Shown here: positions 29,195-37,035 of the stretch, in pieces
How the letters are laid out: every line of letters starts with the position of its first letter
How positions within the stretch are numbered: position 1 is the first letter of the stretch
NCBI GenBank assembly: GCA_036336685.1
Contig: JAYZFO010000008.1
Location: forward strand, 9,923-73,922
Direction of reading: 5' to 3'
Length of the DNA: 64,000 nucleotides
Source of the DNA: Pseudomonadota bacterium
GTDB taxonomy: Bacteria > Pseudomonadota > Alphaproteobacteria > MPNO01 > UBA830
Notes under the pieces: model-generated
Told to the model about the DNA's origin: nothing
What the model saw: the letters and a program-made list of their open reading frames with translations, nothing else
The model's database searches: none
Position numbers and translations under genes: made by a program

Positions 29195-29956
29195 ATGACT
29201 AAACACACTGCCGCACCACTCGTATCAGCGGCGGAAATCGTCAAAAATAAGCGCTCAGAGATGACGGACCCTGGTATTCCACGGCCGGACACACACGTGG
29301 AAGATGCCTTGCTTTCGCGGCGTTCGATAAGAGCTTTTAAGAACAACGCCGTACCAAAAAATGTAATTCGGCGCATTCTAGAATGTGCTCGATGGTCTCC
29401 GTCTGGCTCCAACACCCAACCGTGGAAAGTTCACGTGCTAAATGGTGACGCCCGGCAAAGATATACCAAAGCATTGTTAGCGGCGGAAAAAAACAATGAA
29501 CCAAGCGCTATGGAATACCACTACTACGCCCCGGAGTGGAGAGAACCATTTTTGAATCGGCGGCGTTCCTGTGGTTTTGGACTGTATAAGGCGATGGACA
29601 TAAAAAGGGAAGACAAGGTGCAACGGCACGAGGCTTACCTGAAGAATTTCAAATTTTTCGGGGCTTCGACTGGATTCCTTTTTTGGATACCCTCCGATTT
29701 AGAGCACGGGTCTTGGCTAGACTATGGAACATTCATCCAATCAATATCCATTGCAGCGCGCGGTTGGGGCCTATGGACAATTGCGCAGGGTGCTCTCGGC
29801 GAATACCCGCATGTGGCACACAAAATGTTCAACGTAGATGATGATTATAAGTTAGTCGGCGGGATGAGCATTGGATGGCCAGATGAAAATGCCGCCGTAA
29901 ATAGTTTTCAACCTGAACGACTGAGCGTAGATGAATTCACCACATGGCTAGATTGA
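29195..29956 (+). CDS. Nitroreductase-family FMN flavoprotein
   Basis: It has the motifs RRSIRAF...RWSPSGSNTQPWK and is about 253 aa. The ATG at 29195 lies just after the zinc-ribbon stop; the ORF-track start at 29108 overlaps that gene. Confidence 0.85.
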   Translation: MTKHTAAPLVSAAEIVKNKRSEMTDPGIPRPDTHVEDALLSRRSIRAFKNNAVPKNVIRRILECARWSPSGSNTQPWKVHVLNGDARQRYTKALLAAEKNNEPSAMEYHYYAPEWREPFLNRRRSCGFGLYKAMDIKREDKVQRHEAYLKNFKFFGASTGFLFWIPSDLEHGSWLDYGTFIQSISIAARGWGLWTIAQGALGEYPHVAHKMFNVDDDYKLVGGMSIGWPDENAAVNSFQPERLSVDEFTTWLD

Positions 29957-29963
29957 AGGAACG

Positions 29964-30758
29964 ATGGATTACAGCATATACAAGACTCTTCTATTTGAGA
30001 AAAATAACAGGATACTAACGGTTACGTTAAACCGGCCAGAAAAGTTAAATGCCATCGATGGAACGATGCACGAAGAACTTTCCCGTGTCTTTGAAGACAT
30101 AAATAGAGATCGGTCTGTAGATATCGTCGTACTAACTGGTGCTGGCCGGGCCTTTTGCGCAGGCGGTGATACTGATTGGCTGCAGGATTTAATCGACGAC
30201 CCATGGGGCTGGGAAACGTTGTCTGAAGAGGGCAAAAGATCAATGCTTAGCATCCTGGATTGCCGACAACCTATTATTGCAAAGGTCAACGGAGCCGCAG
30301 CAGGCCTAGGAGCGACCCTTGCGCTCTACTGTGATATCATAATGGCAGCGGATACGGCGCGAATTGGGGACCCCCATGTAAATGTAGGGCTGACCGCAGG
30401 CGATGGTGGCTCGGGCATCTGGCCCTATCTGATAGGCTTCGCTCGCGCAAGAGAGTTTTTATATACCGGCGAAATGCTGACCGCAGACCGTGCTGCAGAC
30501 ATCGGCCTGATAAATCGATGTGTACCAGCCGATGACCTGGATAATGTCGTAGACAAATTTGCCAACAATCTTGCGGATGGGGCTATTCGAGCTATTCATT
30601 GGACAAAACAAGCTATTAATGCGCCTTTAAAGCAACTTGTATCCACAAATTTAGATTATTCTCTATCACTAGAAGCCAAATCAAATATTACTGCGGACCA
30701 CCAGGAGGGCATTAATGCACTTCGCGAAAAGCGACGACCGGCCTTCAAAGGTGAGTAG
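29964..30758 (+). CDS. Crotonase-superfamily protein (enoyl-CoA hydratase/isomerase family, atypical active site)
   Basis: It has the motifs LNRPEKLNA, LTGAGRAFCAGGD and VNGAAAGLGATLAL. The position of the first catalytic Glu (the PE of canonical hydratases) reads PH (His138). The second Glu context (AREFLYTG) is retained. Confidence 0.88.
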   Translation: MDYSIYKTLLFEKNNRILTVTLNRPEKLNAIDGTMHEELSRVFEDINRDRSVDIVVLTGAGRAFCAGGDTDWLQDLIDDPWGWETLSEEGKRSMLSILDCRQPIIAKVNGAAAGLGATLALYCDIIMAADTARIGDPHVNVGLTAGDGGSGIWPYLIGFARAREFLYTGEMLTADRAADIGLINRCVPADDLDNVVDKFANNLADGAIRAIHWTKQAINAPLKQLVSTNLDYSLSLEAKSNITADHQEGINALREKRRPAFKGE

Positions 30759-30806
30759 TGTAAACACGCTCGTGAACAGTAAACGGAATTTTCTGAAATA
30801 CTCACA

Positions 30807-31670
30807 ATGAAAACATTTGATCGGGCCACTTTAACAGAAGCGGAAATGGAATGGCATTTCAACCCGCGTGTGACTTTTCCTAATCACGTTGAATACATGC
30901 GCACTCGAGCAGAAACGAATGCGCGTGTCCTGGAAAAATTGGAGCGATTGCCCAACTTTCGATATGGGCCAAACCCCGAGGAAACCCTCGATATATACCC
31001 GAGCAAGGGAGGATTGTCTCCAGTTCTTGTCTACATCCACGGCGGGTATTGGCGCGCGGGGTACAAAGAGGATTGGGCATTTGTCGCCGAACCCCTCATA
31101 GAATCTGGAGCTACTGTGGTCGTATTGAACTACGACCTCTGTCCAACGGTAAGCCTAGATGAGCTTGTGTCGGAAATACGAAGAGCAATCATTTGGATTT
31201 ATCAGAATGTTAAGCAATACGGTGGCAACCCAAGTAAAATGTATATTTCAGGAAGCTCAGCAGGAGGCCACCTATGCGCGATGATGCTAGCAGAAGACTG
31301 GTCCAAACAGAGGGCACCGCCCGACCTACTGAAAGGAGCAACCCTTATCACGGGAATTTACGATATTCACCCAGTGATCGATATTAGTGTTAACGTTGAT
31401 ATCAAGCTGGATAAATATTCGGCACAAAGAAATAGCCCGATGTTTCTGCCGCCCCTAATTACGGGCCCAATTCTCGCCGCAGTAGGCGGAAAAGAATCAG
31501 AGGGGTGGAAACAACAAACCCACGATTACGTATCTATGTGCACAAAAAATAACATCAAATGCGATTTTTTGGAATTGCCCGAAGAAGACCATTTTTCTAT
31601 AGGTTCTATTTTGGGAGATCCTGGTAGTCCTCTGGTCCAAGTAACCCTCCGACAGATGGGCCTGATGTAA
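30807..31670 (+). CDS. Alpha/beta hydrolase, arylformamidase/esterase-like (HGGYW type)
   Basis: It has the oxyanion motif VYIHGGYW, the nucleophile elbow GSSAGGH and a late DH. The HGGYW motif is characteristic of kynurenine-formamidase-type hydrolases as I recall them. Confidence 0.72.
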   Translation: MKTFDRATLTEAEMEWHFNPRVTFPNHVEYMRTRAETNARVLEKLERLPNFRYGPNPEETLDIYPSKGGLSPVLVYIHGGYWRAGYKEDWAFVAEPLIESGATVVVLNYDLCPTVSLDELVSEIRRAIIWIYQNVKQYGGNPSKMYISGSSAGGHLCAMMLAEDWSKQRAPPDLLKGATLITGIYDIHPVIDISVNVDIKLDKYSAQRNSPMFLPPLITGPILAAVGGKESEGWKQQTHDYVSMCTKNNIKCDFLELPEEDHFSIGSILGDPGSPLVQVTLRQMGLM

Positions 31671-31681
31671 TTGATAGCTTC

Positions 31682-32611
31682 TTAAAAGATACGCGCCTCA
31701 AATCGGAGAAAACTTGCGGCGCGGTCATCTACTGTGCCATCTACAAGCGTGTGAAAGCTCCCTAAGGCAACCAGTTGAGCCTCGTTCCGATAGAGCTCAC
31801 ATCGTAGCTCATAATGCTCCCCTACAAGACCCGGGCGCCGGAATATTACGCGAGACCCAGTCGCCAATATTCGATCGAGCGGCAAAGATGCATCCGCAGC
31901 TAATGCGCCCATCCTATTTTCCATCGCATATAAATATTCACGCGCATGCACGTGAAGAAACACATCCGAATTTGCCATAGTCCAAACACCCCGCACGTGC
32001 TTAGAACCTTGCACGTCGACGGTATTATAATTCTCGGGCAAACGGCTGAGCGTCTTTATGGTGGGAAATTCCCCGTCAAAGGGCTTCAATGTTAAAAACT
32101 TTAGATTATCAGGGACCTCGGTTACCAATCTATCGCCCCGAGGCTGTTTGGGGCGTGTCAACATGTGGATGACCCTACTTCTGCCAGCGACGGCTAAATC
32201 CCCAAGCGGTGGCTCAAACCCAACGGCAGCGGCGGGACCCGTCACGACACGACTTCGAAGCGTACCACGAGTTTCAACCACTAAACGCTCGTTTGCACCA
32301 TCTGGGCTCTCTACCCCAGCGTTTCGTAACGACACCCGTAATTCTGTTTTTAGCGCCTCATCGTATCCATACTCACGGGGATAAGCATTAAACTCCTGAT
32401 AGTACTGGCCAGGCGCAATTCCGTCCTTAATACCCATCTCTTGGTAGCGAAGGCGACCTTGCATGTCCTCAAAAACAGGGCGCAGGCCTGGTCCAATGAA
32501 CATCCTAATCTTGAGATTTCGGCTTTGGTCGATATCACCAACATCTACCCGGTGATATCCCCGCCGCACCAGTTCACCCTTTTCAACAGTTATTTCTGCT
32601 GTTTTGTTCAT
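31682..32611 (-). CDS. Hypothetical 309-aa protein (possible tandem hotdog fold), last gene of the minus-strand operon
   Basis: This is a clean ORF with an ATG start, beginning 19 nt after the ligase gene stop. I recognised no family. The C-terminal half contains SDVFLHVHAREYLYAMENRMGAL, which resembles the D-x3-HV-x4-Y..E pattern of YbgC/4HBT hotdog thioesterases. Confidence 0.55.
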   Translation of the reverse strand: MNKTAEITVEKGELVRRGYHRVDVGDIDQSRNLKIRMFIGPGLRPVFEDMQGRLRYQEMGIKDGIAPGQYYQEFNAYPREYGYDEALKTELRVSLRNAGVESPDGANERLVVETRGTLRSRVVTGPAAAVGFEPPLGDLAVAGRSRVIHMLTRPKQPRGDRLVTEVPDNLKFLTLKPFDGEFPTIKTLSRLPENYNTVDVQGSKHVRGVWTMANSDVFLHVHAREYLYAMENRMGALAADASLPLDRILATGSRVIFRRPGLVGEHYELRCELYRNEAQLVALGSFHTLVDGTVDDRAASFLRFEARIF

Positions 32612-32630
32612 GTCTGAATCTATGAGTAAC

Positions 32631-34196
32631 TTATGAATCTAAACGATTAGTTTCAGCCATTTCCCGTAAAGCGGTGCGATCCACCTTTTTCGCTGGTGTA
32701 AGCGGCAACTTGTCCATAATCGAAATGATCCGCGGGTGCATGTATGGCGCGCCGTTCTCAAAAAAATACGACTTAAGTTCTTCTGGCGTAGTATTTCCAG
32801 CAACCCGCTCTACGACAAATGCAACTGGGACCTCCCCTTTAACAGGGTCAGAACGCGGCACAACAGCGGCGTCGGCAATATTTTGGTGCTCCATTAGTAT
32901 ATTTTCGACTTCCTTCGGATAAAAAACTTCTCCAGCACAGGCAATACGATCGTCTTCACGTCCAATTATTTCTATATACCCCTGCTCGTCCGCGCTTGCG
33001 ATATCGTTTGTACGTAACCACCCACCAGGCAGCAACCGCTGCGCAGTAATTTCTGGAAGGTTATGGTAACCAATCAGGTTTCCAGGGCTACGAACCAATA
33101 ATTCTCCTTTTTGACCCTGAGAAACATCTACCCCTGGGCTTTTCGGATCTACTATTCGGAGTTCCACATCGGGATAGGGTAGTCCTGTGGTGCCCTGCTT
33201 TATAATTCCCCATCTCGGAGTATTACACACGAAACCGCACTCAGTGAGGCCGTAAGCCTCTAACATGGGTGCCAGACGTTCAGAAAACTCGGAGAGTAAC
33301 TCCTCTGGAACCTCTGAGGACCCGCATATCACAAAACTCAACGACGAACAGTCATTTTTCTCTAGGGCTTCGTCCTCCATCAACATCAGCTTATACATAG
33401 CTGGAACCCCAGTGGTATAGGTACAACGTTCCTTGGCAATTGCTTCTATCATTTCCACCGGGTCAACATCATGGAGAATTACCGTCGAGCCACCACTCTC
33501 AAGCATAGAAAACAAACCCGCAAACATCCCATTTGCGTGAAACATTGGGACCGCTAAAAGGCAACGTTCATCGGGACCAAAGAGAAGCGCTCGCCGGAGG
33601 TTTCGGGTAGACCACACCATTGCCGCGTGTGACAAGAGGACACCTTTTGGTTTTCCTGTTGAACCCGATGTATAGGATACTGCGGCAATTGCGTCAGACG
33701 AAACATTTTCGGCAACACGGGCATCTGACTGCTCATTAAGCCATTCATCGTATTCGATAGCTCCATCGGCGATGGTATCCATCAGAAATACTTGCTTAAT
33801 ATTTGGTAAGTTTTTCCCGAGCGATGGAGCCTCATCTATAAAATCTGCCGACGAAAATAAAACCTTAGCATTACAATCCGACAAAATGTGGCTCAACGTA
33901 TTATAATGGGCCCGGGTGGTTGCGGGAGTAACCGAGGCGCCCGCGCGCAACGCGCCTAACATAGTTTCGACGAACCGGTGATCGTTCTTTACAAGTACGG
34001 CAACATGGTCACCAATGCCGACACCGAGTTGTCTCAAGCCGTTGGCTACTCGGTTCACTCTCGATTCCAAAACAGAATAGGTAATACGGTTCTGACCATA
34101 GATTAGCGCCTCTTTTTCGGGCCAAACCTTGACGGCGTTATCGATGATGCAGCCGAAATTCAACGAGTAAACTCCTCTTTTCGCATCTAGTGTCAC
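32631..34196 (-). CDS. AMP-dependent acyl-CoA synthetase (ANL family)
   Basis: It has the motifs YTSGSTGKPKGV, YGLTE, GWLRTND and PLTPAKKVDR. It is 521 aa, larger than the roughly 430-aa PaaK-type ligases. It starts at a GTG (34196) with no nearby ATG. Confidence 0.9.
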   Translation of the reverse strand: MTLDAKRGVYSLNFGCIIDNAVKVWPEKEALIYGQNRITYSVLESRVNRVANGLRQLGVGIGDHVAVLVKNDHRFVETMLGALRAGASVTPATTRAHYNTLSHILSDCNAKVLFSSADFIDEAPSLGKNLPNIKQVFLMDTIADGAIEYDEWLNEQSDARVAENVSSDAIAAVSYTSGSTGKPKGVLLSHAAMVWSTRNLRRALLFGPDERCLLAVPMFHANGMFAGLFSMLESGGSTVILHDVDPVEMIEAIAKERCTYTTGVPAMYKLMLMEDEALEKNDCSSLSFVICGSSEVPEELLSEFSERLAPMLEAYGLTECGFVCNTPRWGIIKQGTTGLPYPDVELRIVDPKSPGVDVSQGQKGELLVRSPGNLIGYHNLPEITAQRLLPGGWLRTNDIASADEQGYIEIIGREDDRIACAGEVFYPKEVENILMEHQNIADAAVVPRSDPVKGEVPVAFVVERVAGNTTPEELKSYFFENGAPYMHPRIISIMDKLPLTPAKKVDRTALREMAETNRLDS

Positions 34197-34212
34197 CAGA
34201 AGACGACGCGCT

Positions 34213-34680
34213 TTAGGATTTTATTTCCTCTACGTTACCACAGAATTCAAAGCATTCCATAAGCAGGCCGTTTAATGAGCCCGGCTTAATCCAATTTGCT
34301 TTCAGTTTTTCCACGCGATAACGAGCTGCCGCGGTGCCGGGCGGAAATTCGTAAGGTTTGTCCAAAACCCATTCGATACCGAAGGCCGGCCATTCAGACA
34401 TTGCTTCCGAAATGTTATCAACACGCACGGCTAAAGAAAAAGTTCCTTCGCCGCGACGGTCCAAAAACTTTTGTACAGTTGAAGATGTGTCGGTTGGCGC
34501 CACTAGTGAAATTGCTCCCTGCCTTCCCATGGGGAAGGTAATATCCGTGATCTGTGCAGGAGGGTCGGGCATTACATTAGGGACAAGCGGGGTAAGACCG
34601 AGCACCGCGAACTTTGCGACGGCTTCACTCTGGTCAAACACCGCATAATTGACAGTAATATATTCGAGGATACGGGCCAT
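34213..34680 (-). CDS. VOC-family protein, methylmalonyl-CoA-epimerase-like
   Basis: It is 155 aa and looks like a two-module VOC fold (VNYAVFDQSEAVAKFAVLGL..., GEGTFSLAVRVDNISEAM). It lies 4 nt from the LLM gene and 16 nt from the ligase gene. Confidence 0.6.
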   Translation of the reverse strand: MARILEYITVNYAVFDQSEAVAKFAVLGLTPLVPNVMPDPPAQITDITFPMGRQGAISLVAPTDTSSTVQKFLDRRGEGTFSLAVRVDNISEAMSEWPAFGIEWVLDKPYEFPPGTAAARYRVEKLKANWIKPGSLNGLLMECFEFCGNVEEIKS

Positions 34681-34684
34681 AATG

Positions 34685-35857
34685 TTACTTTTTTATCACC
34701 GCACTCGGATCGTTATAAACGCCTGTCCGCTTAGCTTCTTCTCGCATTTCTCGAATATCAGTCATGACGTCCTCGGGAGGACGCATAAAATTATCTGGAG
34801 ACTTAAAATGCGGAATTACATAACGACCAAACATTTCAATCGACTTAATAATCTTTTCATGGGGAACACTATCAATACGTAGAGCAAGCGTATTAACACC
34901 ACAATCACGAAGCCGTTCGATAGAGCGTATACAACTTTCCGGACTGCCAAACACCGCAGAACCAGATTCTTCTTGAAAGTAATCAAGGTTCGTAGCTTTC
35001 TTGGACACTTCTTGGACCTTGGCCATATAGGCATAACTTTTTGCGACCTTCGCGAGCCTAGGATAGCCATCTAACGCTATCTGTAGCCACTTGATATTGC
35101 CCTCCCCCGCTTCTTGCCTCGCGATTTCATCGGTTTCAGCACAGTAAGCCTGCAACAGCGCACCAACACGTCTCCGGTCCACTGAATTTCCTGCTGCTTC
35201 TTCAATATCTGCTGCCTTGTTATACTCTCGGATAGATTCGGCGAGTGGGTCGTACCCCATATAGTTCGACCAACTAAAAACCCCTATTCCGAGCTCGGCC
35301 GCCATAACGTGAGATTCGGCACTTGTTGCAGCCATGTACATAGGCGGATGAGGTTTTTGTATGGGTTTGGGAACCAATGACCTCGGTGGGATTTGGTAGT
35401 GATCTCCATAAAACATAAAGGGGTCTTCGGTGAATGCTTTCTTTAATACTTGTATGCCTTCATGGACCTCTGACCGGCTTTGTTCCAAATCTACACCAAA
35501 CGCTCTTAACGCCAGGGTGGTATTACCCCTTCCGATTCCTAACTCAATCCGCCCGTCGGACAACACATCCTGCACACCAGTGCGGGAAGCAATTCGAAGT
35601 GCGTGATTAACATTTTTAGGTAGAAGAGTTATTGCGTGAGCAAAACGCAACGTTTTGGTTAAGGAAAACAAGTACGCAAATAAAACTTCGGGACATGAAG
35701 TAGAAATGCCTCCAATGGCGTACTGCTGTTCGGATACACCAAAAGAATCAAAGCCCCATTTTTCGGCGTGTATCACTTGCTCAACAAGTTCTTTGTATCG
35801 AATTTGATACGATTCACCGTCGAGCGTCTCACCTTCTGAAAAATACATAAATCGCAT
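34685..35857 (-). CDS. Luciferase-like (LLM class) flavin-dependent monooxygenase
   Basis: It has MRFMYFSEG...AEKWGFDSFGVSEQQY and GRIELGIGRG motifs typical of LLM TIM-barrel oxygenases. It is about 390 aa. I prefer the ATG at 35857 with an AGGGA RBS. Confidence 0.85.
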   Translation of the reverse strand: MRFMYFSEGETLDGESYQIRYKELVEQVIHAEKWGFDSFGVSEQQYAIGGISTSCPEVLFAYLFSLTKTLRFAHAITLLPKNVNHALRIASRTGVQDVLSDGRIELGIGRGNTTLALRAFGVDLEQSRSEVHEGIQVLKKAFTEDPFMFYGDHYQIPPRSLVPKPIQKPHPPMYMAATSAESHVMAAELGIGVFSWSNYMGYDPLAESIREYNKAADIEEAAGNSVDRRRVGALLQAYCAETDEIARQEAGEGNIKWLQIALDGYPRLAKVAKSYAYMAKVQEVSKKATNLDYFQEESGSAVFGSPESCIRSIERLRDCGVNTLALRIDSVPHEKIIKSIEMFGRYVIPHFKSPDNFMRPPEDVMTDIREMREEAKRTGVYNDPSAVIKK

Positions 35858-35983
35858 AGCATCGTTCCCTAACTGCAACGACGCCCAAAGTCAAAACCAA
35901 CTTCGACGACTTCGTCTTCAATTGTCACGGATGTCATAAGGTTTAAAAATTCGCTCACAAATGGAACAACAATTCAGGAACTA

Positions 35984-37009
35984 TTATTCTGGTTGACAAT
36001 ATCGGACCAAACCATCGTCGTGACGCACACGTGCTAGATCACCAGCATCAACGAGATAGTTCAGGTGCGCTAATGTTTCTCCGATCGCAAAACTAAATTC
36101 ATAGACGCCTATTTCTCGAGTGAATAAAGCGGGAATGACATCTGTGGCTGTGGTTGGTCGGGCACATTTGTCGACGGCGGCATCAAGGCGGGTTTGATGG
36201 TGAGCAATCAGGTCGTCCATCCGTTCATGCAAGCCGCGAAAGGGATCGTCATGGGACGGCAAAACTAGAACATCTTCAGGTAGATGCCTAAATTTCTCAA
36301 AACTCTTTAAATAATTACCCAATGGATTTCCGTCGGGTTCGGTGTACCACACGCTAATATTTGAACTTATTCGAGGCAGAACCTGATCACCCGAAATTAA
36401 TAGATTCAGATCGGGACACCATAAAGCTGCATGTTCATGCGTATGACCTCCCCCAGTTATCACGTGCCACAGACGGCCATCTATTTCGATTTCCTCGTTA
36501 TCCTGAATTCTTCGAACTGTCTCTGGCAACCGATACCATGGTTCTTTGAAGGACCGTATTACATCCCTAAAACCAGTTGTCATTTCGGGCGGCGCCCCAT
36601 TATCTCGATGGAACTGAACCCATCGATCAAAGTTGTGAGTCAGAGTTTCCGATACAGCCACATGAGCCTGCAACCACTCAGTGTATGTCATCCAAAGGCG
36701 AGCGTTAAAACGTTCAAAAAACCAACCTGCGAGGCCGAGGTGGTCTGGATGAAAATGAGAACAGATTGTTCGTTTTATGGTACCACCATCAGCAATTCTC
36801 GACAGTGATGTCTCCCAAATGTCCTTTGACCTATCAACATTATATCCAGTATCTATGACGGTCCACGCGTCGCCATCACGTAATAACCATAAATTGATGT
36901 GGTTCAGAGCAAAGGGTAGAGGCATTCGGACCCAGTGGATGCCTGGTGCTACTTCCTTCGTCTCGCCATATTCTAGTTTGGCGAACGGGTAGTCGGGCGT
37001 AAAAGTCAT
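35984..37009 (-). CDS. MBL-fold metallo-hydrolase
   Basis: It has the zinc motif SHFHPDHLG, later GGGHTHEH and SHDD motifs, and a C-terminal extension of about 90 aa. It is 341 aa. Confidence 0.85.
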   Translation of the reverse strand: MTFTPDYPFAKLEYGETKEVAPGIHWVRMPLPFALNHINLWLLRDGDAWTVIDTGYNVDRSKDIWETSLSRIADGGTIKRTICSHFHPDHLGLAGWFFERFNARLWMTYTEWLQAHVAVSETLTHNFDRWVQFHRDNGAPPEMTTGFRDVIRSFKEPWYRLPETVRRIQDNEEIEIDGRLWHVITGGGHTHEHAALWCPDLNLLISGDQVLPRISSNISVWYTEPDGNPLGNYLKSFEKFRHLPEDVLVLPSHDDPFRGLHERMDDLIAHHQTRLDAAVDKCARPTTATDVIPALFTREIGVYEFSFAIGETLAHLNYLVDAGDLARVRHDDGLVRYCQPE

Positions 37010-37035
37010 TGTTTAGTTTATACGGTGCCGATATC

